Part shown: one piece after another, positions 54,857 to 63,408 of the stretch
Layout of the letters: each line of letters opens with the position of its first letter
Position numbering within the stretch: the first letter of the stretch is position 1
DNA from: Kiritimatiellia bacterium
Lineage (GTDB): Bacteria > Verrucomicrobiota > Kiritimatiellia > RFP12 > UBA1067
Assembly (NCBI GenBank): GCA_051884915.1
Contig: JBJEWF010000022.1
Span: 13,628-77,627, forward strand
DNA: 64,000 bases
Direction: 5' to 3'
The notes under the pieces: generated by a model
Told to the model about the DNA's origin: nothing
Databases searched by the model: none
The model's input: only the letters and a program-made list of their open reading frames with translations
Made by a program: the position numbers and the translations under genes

Positions 54857-55605
54857 GCGACATGCCGGCCATCGAACTTTCCCATGTCAACGCGGGGTAT
54901 CCGGGCGCGGAGATCCTGCGGGACGTCAGTTTCACGGTCGAACGGGGCGAGATCTTCGTGCTGCTGGGAGGGTCCGGCTGCGGAAAGTCGACCATCATGA
55001 AGCACATGATCGGCCTCAATCCCGTGCTGGGCGGCACGCTGAAGGTGGCCGGTCTCGAATGGAACCGCAAGACGCGCGCGCGGCTGTGCCGGAAAATCGG
55101 CGTGATGTACCAGAGCGGCGCGCTCTTCGGCGGCATGAGCGTGCTTGAGAACGTGATGCTGCCGCTGGAGGAGTTCACCCGGCTGCCGGCCGAGGCCCGC
55201 CGGACCGTGGCGATGATGCAGCTGGAGCTGGTGGGACTGAAGGACGCTGCCGGCAAGCTGCCCGCCGAGATCTCCGGCGGCATGAAGAAGCGCGCGGCCA
55301 TTGCCCGGGCGCTCGTGCTCGATCCGGAGATCCTGTTTCTCGACGAACCTTCGGCGGGGCTGGATCCGATCGCCGCGTCGGCGCTCGACGAGCTGATTCT
55401 GCGCCTGCGCGCGGCCAGGAACGTCACGTTCGCGATCGTCACGCACGAATTGCCGTCCATCTTCAAGATCGCCGACCGGTGCGCGATGTTCGACAAGGCC
55501 CGGCGCGGCCTGGTGGCGCTGGGGCGTCCGCGGGAACTGCGGGAGACGGCGTCCGATCCTTTTGTCCGCAACTTCTTCAATCGGGGAGAAATCCATGGCG
55601 AGTGA
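54853..55605 (+). CDS. mlaF: ABC transporter ATP-binding protein, MlaF-like
   Basis: Walker A GGSGCGKST, signature ISGGMKKR, Walker B ILFLDEPSAGLD, H-loop VTHE. Confidence 0.9.
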   Translation: MSDMPAIELSHVNAGYPGAEILRDVSFTVERGEIFVLLGGSGCGKSTIMKHMIGLNPVLGGTLKVAGLEWNRKTRARLCRKIGVMYQSGALFGGMSVLENVMLPLEEFTRLPAEARRTVAMMQLELVGLKDAAGKLPAEISGGMKKRAAIARALVLDPEILFLDEPSAGLDPIAASALDELILRLRAARNVTFAIVTHELPSIFKIADRCAMFDKARRGLVALGRPRELRETASDPFVRNFFNRGEIHGE

Positions 55606-56383
55606 CAATCAGGCGAGTTACGCGAAAATCGGTTTTTCGCTCGTGCTCGGCGTCGTCCTGGCGCTGGGCGCGCTCATCTATCTGGGGGGCGTCCGCGACG
55701 TCACGCGGGAATTCCCGGCGGAGACGTTCTTCGTGAACGGCGTTTCGGGGCTTTCCGTCGGAAGCGACGTGAACTACCGCGGGGTCAAGGTCGGGCGGGT
55801 CGACAAAATCGACTTTCTCTGGAACGTCTATCCGGACCGCAAGGACATCGGGGACCGCGAACAGGCGGGCATCTGGGTCCGGATGGCCCTGGATCGCCGG
55901 CTCTGGGGCCTTTCGGACGACGTGGACACGCGCGCGAAACTTGAGGCCGCCGTCGCCCGGGGCCTTTGCGCCATGATCGCCGCCAATGCCGTGACGGGAT
56001 TGGCGCGCATTGAACTGGCGACGAAGCCGGAGTTCCCGTCCCGGGAACGGCCCGCGTTCAAGGCGTCGCGCCATCCCTTCATTCCGCCGATGCCCTCGCT
56101 GATGGAGTCGGCGGGCGACGCGGCGGACCGCATTCTCGCCCAGATCGACAAAATCAACCTCGTCGACGGCTGGACGAACATCGTGGGATCCCTGGCGAGC
56201 GCGCAGAACGTGCTGAACGCGGCCGACACGATTCTCCAGACCGAGAGCGGAAAGATTTCGGACATTCTCGACAACATCCGCGAGGCGTCGTCGTCCCTGC
56301 GCGATTTTGCCGACCAGATCCGCGGCAATCCCGGCCTCTTGCTGCGGGCGAACGATCCCGAGGCGTTGCCGGAGACGCGGTGA
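55595..56383 (+). CDS. mlaD: MCE/MlaD-family substrate-binding protein
   Basis: N-terminal TM IGFSLVLGVVLALGALIYL, MCE core GLSVGSDVNYRGVKVGRVDKIDF, helical C-terminus. GGGGAGAA SD. 11-nt overlap with mlaF. Confidence 0.8.
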   Translation: MASDNQASYAKIGFSLVLGVVLALGALIYLGGVRDVTREFPAETFFVNGVSGLSVGSDVNYRGVKVGRVDKIDFLWNVYPDRKDIGDREQAGIWVRMALDRRLWGLSDDVDTRAKLEAAVARGLCAMIAANAVTGLARIELATKPEFPSRERPAFKASRHPFIPPMPSLMESAGDAADRILAQIDKINLVDGWTNIVGSLASAQNVLNAADTILQTESGKISDILDNIREASSSLRDFADQIRGNPGLLLRANDPEALPETR

Positions 56384-56418
56384 GCGCGCGTCGGATCGGA
56401 CGAAAGGGGGAATGTGGC

Positions 56419-59400
56419 ATGAAGACGTATCTGGCCGTGTTTTTGGCGGGATGCTGCTGGGCGACCTGGGGCGAGACCTTCACGATCGAGAAGAACGATC
56501 CGCGGCCGTTTCGCATCCACGGCAGTCCCGACGAGACGCCGGCGACGCGGGCGATGTACGGGGAACTCGCGGCGGAAATCCGGCGCGTGACGGGGGTCGA
56601 GGTCGCGATCCTCGTCTACTCGGCCGCATTTGAAGGCGATTTCTACGTCTCGACCCAGCCGTGGTCGGCGCAGGGAAGCTGGCGGATCGGCAACCGCAAT
56701 GGCGTGATGGGCATTCACGGCGCGGACGTCGCGGCGACGGAAGCGGCCTTGCGCCACTTCATCGACGTCTATCTGAAGCCGGTTCCCGCCGCGGCGGGCC
56801 GTTTCGAGTGGAAGGACCTGAACGACGTGCACGGCCCCCAGTGGCAGGACGTCCGCGAGTCGACGGTGGCCGCCGTCAGGGCGCAGCGCCAGAAGGAGCG
56901 GGCGCCCGAATGGCAAAACGAGCTGGTCAACTACGTGAACGTGGAGCCGGCCCGCGCCTATTCGTTCCCGCTGGCCTCGGCGGAGTCCGCCCTGACGCCG
57001 GAACTGCCCGAGACGCCCTACGTGAAATCCCTGAACGGAACATGGCGCTACAACTGGGCCGGTTCGCCCGATCAGCGCCCGCGCAATTTCTTCCGGACCG
57101 ACTTCAACGACGCCGGCTGGTACGAGATTGCCGTCCCCAGCTGCGTGGAGATGAAGGGATTCGGCGTGCCGCAGTATTCCAACATCAAGTATCCGCATCC
57201 CCCCACGCCACCCTACACGGACAAGGCCTACAACCCCGTGTCTTCCTACCGGACGACCTTCTCGGTCCCGGCGGACTGGAAGGGCCGTCCCGTCTTCCTG
57301 CGCTTCGAAGGCGTCTACAGCGCCTATTACGTGTGGGTGAACGGCCGGAAGGTCGGCTTCAGCGAAGACAGCTGCACCGCCCACGAGTTCAACGTCACGA
57401 AGTACCTGAAGGCGGACGCGCCGAATCTGCTGGCCGTCGAAGTCTACCGCTGGAGCGACGGCGCCTATCTGGAAGACCAGGACTTCATCCGCTTCTCGGG
57501 CATCTACCGCAACGTGATGCTGTTCTCGCCGCCGCCGGTGGAGATTCGCGATTTCTTCTGGAAGCCGGCCCTGGCCGCCGATTTCTCGTCGGCGACCGTC
57601 GATCTGGCGGTCGACACGCGCGACCTCTCCGGCGACTTCGACGCGCCGGCCGTCTCGGCGTCGCTGTACGATGCCGCATTCGCGAAAGTCGCCGACTTCC
57701 CGGCCTTCGCCCAGGGCCGGTCCACGCTCCGGCTCGACGCCCCCCGCCTCTGGTCGGCCGAAGATCCCTATCTCTACACGCTCGTCATCCGGTCGTCGGC
57801 GAACCCGCGGCCCTCCGCGTCCGCCCGGCCCCCCGCCGTCGACGTCCGCACGGCGAAAGTCGGTTTCATGAAGACGGAGATCGCCACGAACGGCGCCATT
57901 CTGGTGAACGGCAAGGCGATGAAGTTCAAGGGCGTGAACCGCCATGACGCCTCGCCCGTCCATGGCCGGTCCGTCACGCGGGAGGAGATGCGGCGCGACG
58001 TCCTGCTGATGAAGCGGTACAACGTCGACACGGTTCGCACGGCGCACTATCCCAACGACCCGTATTTCTACCACCTGTGCGAACGGTACGGGATCTACGT
58101 CCAGGCCGAGGCGAACGTGGAATCGCACGGCATGGGCTACGGCACGAACTGCCTGGCTTCGCCGCCGAGCTGGACGCAGGCGCATGTCGACCGCTGCCGC
58201 GACATGGTCGTCAACTGGCGGAACTCCCCCTGCATCTTCTCCTGGAGCTGGGGCAACGAGGCCGGCCAGGGACCGACTTTCGACGTGGTCGACGCGGCGT
58301 GCCGCGCGCTCGACGGCACGCGGCCGCAGGTCTACCGCCAGGACTGCGAGCGCTTCGCCGTCGACGGACCCGGCTATCCCTCCCTGGCGGCGGTCCGTGC
58401 CCGCGGTCTCCGCAGCAAGTGCAGCTTCTTCTTCGAATACGCGCATTGCATGGGCAATGCGCTCGGCGGGTTCAAGGAATACTGGGACGAGTTCTACGCC
58501 CATCCCTCCCTGGCGGGCGGCTGCGTCTGGGATTGGGTCGACCAGGCCGTGTGGAAATGCACGGACCGCGTGGGGGCCGACGGCAGGCGCCTGCGCTACC
58601 TGGCGTATGGCGGCGACTACGACGAGCAGCCGAACGACGGCAATTTCTGCGTGAACGGCATTCTGGACGCCGAACGCAACGTCACGCCGAAACTGATCGA
58701 GGTGGGCCACGTCCACCGGAACGTGGTGGTCAAGCGGGGGACGGGGAACGAGACGCTGAAGGTGTGGAACCGGTTCGCGTTCACGTCCTTGAAGAAGTTC
58801 GACGCCGGGTGGGAACTGCTGGAGGACGGGGTCCCCGTGGCGCGGGGGCCGCTGGCGGTTCCCGATGTCGCGCCGATGGCGGCGGCCGAGATTCCCTGGC
58901 CCGAGGCGGTGCGGACGTTCCCGAAGCGGGAGAACCGCGAATACTGCCTCAACGTCTCCTTCCGGCTCGCGGCCGATGAGCCGTGGGCGGCGCGCGGACA
59001 CGTCGTCGCGCGCGATCAGATCGCGCTGACGAAACCCGCGAGACGCAAAAAGGCGGAGGCGTGCGACCGGCCGGTCCGGATCGAGACGGATGAGGCGCGT
59101 GTCGTGGTGGTGGCGGGGCCGACGACGGCGGAGTTCTCGAAGCGGACGGGAACGCTGTCGAAGTTGACGATGGACGGGCGGATCGTGCTGGCGGACGGCG
59201 CGGATGGCATCGTCCGCGGTCCGCGCCTGACCTGCCAGCGCGCGTTTACGGACAACGACAAGTGGCTGCGCGACCCGTTCTACGCCAGCGGCCTGACGCA
59301 GCTGGCCCACCACGTCCGGACCTGCGTGGCCACGAAGACGGGCGTTCGCGTGGTCGTCGAGGTCAACGGCGCCAAGAACGCGGGCTTCCGCCACGAAACG

Positions 59401-59973
59401 GACTACGTCTTCGCCGGGACCGGCGAGATGGAGATCCGCAATCGCGTCACGCCATACGGCAAGATGCCGCCGAATCTGCCGCGACTGGGGCTGTCCCTCA
59501 TGCTGGACGCCCGTCTGGAGAATCTGACCTACTACGGTCGCGGTCCGTACGAGAACTACATCGACCGCTGTTCGGGTTCGTTCCTGGGACTGTACGAGTC
59601 GACGGTGACGGACCAGTACGTCGCCTACGTCCGCCCTCAGGACAACGGCTACAAGACCGACGTGCGCTGGCTGGCCCTGACGGATTCCGAGGGGGCGGGC
59701 GTGCGGATCTCCGGTTCCCGGCCGCTCTTCTGCCAGGCGCTGCACTATTCGTGCGAGGACCTCGAATTCGCGCGCCACCGCGATCGGCAGGAGCGCATCT
59801 GGAACGAGAAGCCGCCGCGCGCCGAAGTCTGCCTGAACCTGGATCTCCGCCAGCTCGGTCTCGGCGGGGGTTCCTGCGGACCCAAGCCCGAAGCGCCGTA
59901 TCGCTTCCCGATCCGGACCGAATCCTGGTCCGTGTTCTTCACGCCCTTCCGGAAGGGGAACCCCGCCCCCTGA
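56419..59973 (+). CDS. secreted GH2 beta-galactosidase (LacZ-like) with an extra ~170-aa N-terminal domain
   Basis: Signal-like MKTYLAVFLAGCCWATWG. GH2 sugar-binding region SLNGTWRYNW...FEGVYSAYYVWVNG, acid/base WSWGNEAG, nucleophile FFFEYAHCMGN, and a C-terminal Bgal small-N-like domain. Confidence 0.9.
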   Translation: MKTYLAVFLAGCCWATWGETFTIEKNDPRPFRIHGSPDETPATRAMYGELAAEIRRVTGVEVAILVYSAAFEGDFYVSTQPWSAQGSWRIGNRNGVMGIHGADVAATEAALRHFIDVYLKPVPAAAGRFEWKDLNDVHGPQWQDVRESTVAAVRAQRQKERAPEWQNELVNYVNVEPARAYSFPLASAESALTPELPETPYVKSLNGTWRYNWAGSPDQRPRNFFRTDFNDAGWYEIAVPSCVEMKGFGVPQYSNIKYPHPPTPPYTDKAYNPVSSYRTTFSVPADWKGRPVFLRFEGVYSAYYVWVNGRKVGFSEDSCTAHEFNVTKYLKADAPNLLAVEVYRWSDGAYLEDQDFIRFSGIYRNVMLFSPPPVEIRDFFWKPALAADFSSATVDLAVDTRDLSGDFDAPAVSASLYDAAFAKVADFPAFAQGRSTLRLDAPRLWSAEDPYLYTLVIRSSANPRPSASARPPAVDVRTAKVGFMKTEIATNGAILVNGKAMKFKGVNRHDASPVHGRSVTREEMRRDVLLMKRYNVDTVRTAHYPNDPYFYHLCERYGIYVQAEANVESHGMGYGTNCLASPPSWTQAHVDRCRDMVVNWRNSPCIFSWSWGNEAGQGPTFDVVDAACRALDGTRPQVYRQDCERFAVDGPGYPSLAAVRARGLRSKCSFFFEYAHCMGNALGGFKEYWDEFYAHPSLAGGCVWDWVDQAVWKCTDRVGADGRRLRYLAYGGDYDEQPNDGNFCVNGILDAERNVTPKLIEVGHVHRNVVVKRGTGNETLKVWNRFAFTSLKKFDAGWELLEDGVPVARGPLAVPDVAPMAAAEIPWPEAVRTFPKRENREYCLNVSFRLAADEPWAARGHVVARDQIALTKPARRKKAEACDRPVRIETDEARVVVVAGPTTAEFSKRTGTLSKLTMDGRIVLADGADGIVRGPRLTCQRAFTDNDKWLRDPFYASGLTQLAHHVRTCVATKTGVRVVVEVNGAKNAGFRHETDYVFAGTGEMEIRNRVTPYGKMPPNLPRLGLSLMLDARLENLTYYGRGPYENYIDRCSGSFLGLYESTVTDQYVAYVRPQDNGYKTDVRWLALTDSEGAGVRISGSRPLFCQALHYSCEDLEFARHRDRQERIWNEKPPRAEVCLNLDLRQLGLGGGSCGPKPEAPYRFPIRTESWSVFFTPFRKGNPAP

Positions 59974-59979
59974 AGCGGC

Positions 59980-60014
59980 GGAAAGGCGCCGCGGCATTCG
60001 CCGCAGCGCCTTCC
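59980..60014. terminator. long imperfect GC hairpin between convergent genes
   Basis: ggaa(a)ggcgc-cgcggc-attc-gccgca-gcgccttcc. It sits between the GH2 stop (59973) and the OMP stop (60046). No U tract. Confidence 0.35.
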
Positions 60015-60045
60015 CGGGACGAGGCTGCCGTCCGTCGGCACGGCC

Positions 60046-60891
60046 TCAGAAGCTGACGGTGACGTTCATGCCGCCCCAGCAGAGCTGATCCTTGCCATCG
60101 CCCATGTAGTCGTTTTTGCGGAGCGTGTGGGAGGGAATCCAGGTGTAGTTGATCTGCGCGCCGAGGCTGACGTTCTCGCAGAGCGCATAGCTCGCGGAGA
60201 TGCCGATGGTCTGGTCGGTCAACTCGGTGCCGCAGTCGGTCCAGGCGTTGCCGCCGAAGCCGAGCGAGGCGTTGGGCGTGATCGTGAGCGCGTCGGTGAT
60301 CGCGAAGTCGTGGCCCAGACCGAACGTGTAGTAGAGGCACGACACGTCGTTGCCGGCGGAATCGGAGTAGTTGTAGTACGCGCTCGCGCTCGGCGTCACG
60401 ATCGGGTTGTCGTACGAGATCGTCGCGTAGATGTCCTGGTCGGTCGATCCGTTGTTGTTCGGAAAGGTGTACCAGATGTGTCCGACCTCGAATCCGACGC
60501 CCGCGAGTTCAACCGAATAGGAGAGCGTGTAGTCGATTTCCTGGCAGCCCGCCGCCCGGCGGCTGTTCGTGCACGTGCCGCGCTTGTGGGTCAGGTCGTA
60601 GCTCGACCAGATGTTGGCGGCGAGCGCGCCGTAGTCGCCGGCGTCGTAGCCGAAGGTGACGGACGGCTGCCAGACGGGATTGCCGTTGCAGATCGTGCCG
60701 CGCCACATGTAGTCGCTGAGGACGTCCAGCGAGAATTCGACGGAGATGGGCAGTTCATCTTCGGCGGCGAGTTCCTTTGCGGCTTCTGTCGTCGGCTGCG
60801 TCGCGGTTGCGGCATCTGCGTAGGCCATGGGAATGGCGGTTGTCGTGAGGGCGAGGGCCGCGAGGCCTCCGAATGTTCTGATTGCGTTCAT
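60046..60891 (-). CDS. outer-membrane beta-barrel protein (TorF/TIGR02001-like)
   Basis: Signal peptide MNAIRTFGGLAALALTTTAIPMAYA, alternating hydrophobic beta-strand pattern with Tyr/Gly/Asn/Asp-rich loops, and a C-terminal VTVSF ending in Phe. AAAGGAAA SD. The upstream part of ORF 60046-61173 is rejected. Confidence 0.8.
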   Translation of the reverse strand: MNAIRTFGGLAALALTTTAIPMAYADAATATQPTTEAAKELAAEDELPISVEFSLDVLSDYMWRGTICNGNPVWQPSVTFGYDAGDYGALAANIWSSYDLTHKRGTCTNSRRAAGCQEIDYTLSYSVELAGVGFEVGHIWYTFPNNNGSTDQDIYATISYDNPIVTPSASAYYNYSDSAGNDVSCLYYTFGLGHDFAITDALTITPNASLGFGGNAWTDCGTELTDQTIGISASYALCENVSLGAQINYTWIPSHTLRKNDYMGDGKDQLCWGGMNVTVSF

Positions 60892-61107
60892 CTGTTGTTT
60901 CCTTTTGTTGTTGTCGTATCCGTTCGACCGCGGACACGCCAAACGGAAAAGCAAGAATCGTGCCAACCGGCTCCGGCGGACGAAACCGGGGGCGTCCGTT
61001 ACAGAGAATGTAAAACGGCGCGCGGGACTTGACACGCGTGGTACGCCGGCCGATCCGCCGGGAACCGCCGCGGGGTGCACAATCCGGGTTTTCCGTTTCC
61101 GATTTTT

Positions 61108-61116
61108 TGATATACT
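61108..61116 (+). promoter_or_regulatory. extended -10 promoter element TGATATACT upstream of the S1-domain gene
   Basis: Preceded by a T6 tract and followed by a 41-nt leader with GAAGGA SD. The 12-mer TGATATACTATC is shared with the fba promoter. Confidence 0.45.
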
Positions 61117-61157
61117 ATCGCCCAAGTTTTTCCCCGTTTCAGAAGGATGGACAGAAA

Positions 61158-62135
61158 ATGGACAGCAAAGCATCGATGGCGGATTTCGCCGCCATGTTGG
61201 ATGGGCAGCTCAAGACCTACCGCACGGGCTTCAATCCCGGCGACAGGGTCGCGGCGCGGGTCGTGCGCGTGGGCGAGGCCTTCGTGACGCTCGACGTGAA
61301 TGCGAAAGGCGTGGGCATTCTTCCGATCGAGGACGTGACGGACGACGACGGCGAACCGACCGTGACGCGTGGCGACACGATCGAGGTCGAGTTCGTCGCG
61401 ATGCAGAAGGACGCGTTCCTGTTCGCCGTGGCGGACAAGGCGGATTCGGCGGCGATTGCCGAACTCGACCGGACGGTCCAGCACGCGTTCGACAACGCGC
61501 TGGCGATTGAGGGCAAGGTCGAGAAGGAGATCAAGGGCGGCTACGAGGTGACCGTGAACGGCCAGCGCGCGTTCTGCCCGTTCTCGCAGATCGACCGCGT
61601 CCGCAAACCCCTGGAGAAGGGGGCCGAGAATCCCTATCTCGGCAAAACCTTCGCGTTTCTGATCACCGAGTACGCGAAGGACGCGCGCGGCCAGAACCTG
61701 ATCGTGAGCCGTCGCGCCGTGCAGGAGCGGGAGCTTCAGGCCGCGAAGGACTATCTGCGCGATTCGCTCGCCGAAGGGCAGACGCTCAACGGCACGGTCG
61801 TCAAGGTGCTCGATTTCGGCGCGTTCGTCGATCTGGGCGGCATGGAAGGTCTCGTGCCCGTGCGCGAGATCTCCTGGGACAAGGTCAAGGACCCCAGGGA
61901 TTTCGTGCGGGAAGGCGACCTCGTCACGGTGAAGATCCTGTCGCTCGATTGGGCGCGCGCGCGCATCTCCCTTTCCATCCGCCAGTGCCAGACGAAGCCG
62001 CTGCGTCCGCGCACGCCGGAAGAAATCGCGGCGGAGGCCGAGGCCCAGGACGTCCGGGACTGGATGGAGGCGAATGCCGGCAAAAGCGATTCGTTCGCGA
62101 ATCTCGGCAGCGCCTTCGACGGCCTGAAGCTTTAA
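61158..62135 (+). CDS. S1 RNA-binding domain protein (3-4 S1 repeats; shorter than canonical RpsA)
   Basis: Repeated S1/OB patterns: GDRVAARVVRVGEAFVTLDV, IEGKVEKEIKGGYEVTVNG, LNGTVVKVLDFGAFVDLGGMEGLVPVREIS, GDLVTVKILSLD. Confidence 0.85.
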   Translation: MDSKASMADFAAMLDGQLKTYRTGFNPGDRVAARVVRVGEAFVTLDVNAKGVGILPIEDVTDDDGEPTVTRGDTIEVEFVAMQKDAFLFAVADKADSAAIAELDRTVQHAFDNALAIEGKVEKEIKGGYEVTVNGQRAFCPFSQIDRVRKPLEKGAENPYLGKTFAFLITEYAKDARGQNLIVSRRAVQERELQAAKDYLRDSLAEGQTLNGTVVKVLDFGAFVDLGGMEGLVPVREISWDKVKDPRDFVREGDLVTVKILSLDWARARISLSIRQCQTKPLRPRTPEEIAAEAEAQDVRDWMEANAGKSDSFANLGSAFDGLKL

Positions 62136-62144
62136 GTCCGGATC

Positions 62145-62771
62145 GTGGCTGCCTGCGCAAAACTGGCGTTCGTCGACGGCGTGCTCGCCTCCAGTTCGCC
62201 GCATCTCCCGTTGCGCACCTGGGCGCGTCCGGCCGAACTGGCCCAGGCGCGGCTGGCCTGCGAGCCGCCGCCGGCGGCGCTGGACTTGCCGGACGGCGCC
62301 GCGCTGCTGGAAGCGGCCTTTGCCGTCCTTCCGTTTGCCGCGCCGCCGTGTCCGGCCCTCCGCTTCGGGCCGGCCGTGACGCCGGCCGCCCGTGCCGCGT
62401 TCGCGCTGTTCGCGGGATCCCACGCCGGCGCGGACGATTTCGCCGTCCTGCGCGGCGCGCCCGGCGATTTCCTCGTCTGCGCCGAACGGACGCGATCCGT
62501 CTGGCGCGTGGCGGGCTTTGCCGTTGCGGCCACGACCTTGACGGTGCGCGTCGAAGACCTGTGGACGCGGACGCCGCCGGCGTTGCGGTCTCTCGCCTAC
62601 CGGATGGGCGTGCGGCGCGATCCCCACGAAAAGGACGCGGCGGCCGCCGCCGGCGTCGTCGTGCAGCGCCTGGACGGACTGGCGCCGGATGCGCGGGTCT
62701 GCCTGGACGTGGCGGCGAACGGCGGCTTTCTCCTGACGCTGGAGCCGGAAGACGGAAACCGCCATGACTGA
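62145..62771 (+). CDS. hypothetical protein (Ala/Pro-rich; C-terminal half beta-sandwich-like)
   Basis: GTG start 10 nt after the S1 gene stop. Third-position GC is high and the ORF overlaps the tatD start by 8 nt. No motif recognised with certainty. Confidence 0.55.
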   Translation: MAACAKLAFVDGVLASSSPHLPLRTWARPAELAQARLACEPPPAALDLPDGAALLEAAFAVLPFAAPPCPALRFGPAVTPAARAAFALFAGSHAGADDFAVLRGAPGDFLVCAERTRSVWRVAGFAVAATTLTVRVEDLWTRTPPALRSLAYRMGVRRDPHEKDAAAAAGVVVQRLDGLAPDARVCLDVAANGGFLLTLEPEDGNRHD

Positions 62772-63408
62772 CGCCCATTTTCACCGTTCAACCTACGCGA
62801 CGTTCCTGTCGCTGCCGGCGCGGGAGGTCCGTTTCGTCGGCCTCCATCCCTGGCAGATCGCCGCGGGCGAGGTGCGGGACGTCGAATCCGAGATCCGCGC
62901 GGACGCGTCGGTCGGCGTGGGGGAAATCGGCCTCGACCGTCTGCGCGACAGGACGATTTCGGCAGCCCAGCGCGCGGCGTTCGGCCGTCTGCTGGCGGTC
63001 GCGGCGGCGTGTTCGCGCCCCGTCGTCCTGCATGGCGCGAAATGCTGGGGCGAAGTCGTCGCGGTCTGCCGGCCGTACCGGGGGCGGATTCCCGCATTTC
63101 TCTTCCACGGCTTTTCGCGCAGCACGGGGCTGCTGCCGGAGATCTACGGGCTGAACGGCTTTGTGGGCGTCGGCGCGGCCGTGCTCAACGACCATGCGGT
63201 CAACTACCGGGACATGGTGCGGATCCTGCCGGTTGAACGCCTGCTGATCGAGACCGACGGCGCCGACGACGCCCCGGACGGCGTTCCGCGCGCGTCCGTC
63301 CTGGGCCGGATCTACGCCAAGGTCGCCGCGCTGCGGGGCCTTGAGGTGGCGGAGCTGAAGGCGCGGATGGCGGCGAATGCCGGGCGTTTCGTGGAGGCGT
63401 TGGCATGA
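62764..63408 (+). CDS. TatD-family metal-dependent hydrolase
   Basis: N-terminal DAHFH, GEIGLD, VVLHG, LFHGFS, LLIETDGAD motifs. Confidence 0.8.
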   Translation: MTDAHFHRSTYATFLSLPAREVRFVGLHPWQIAAGEVRDVESEIRADASVGVGEIGLDRLRDRTISAAQRAAFGRLLAVAAACSRPVVLHGAKCWGEVVAVCRPYRGRIPAFLFHGFSRSTGLLPEIYGLNGFVGVGAAVLNDHAVNYRDMVRILPVERLLIETDGADDAPDGVPRASVLGRIYAKVAALRGLEVAELKARMAANAGRFVEALA

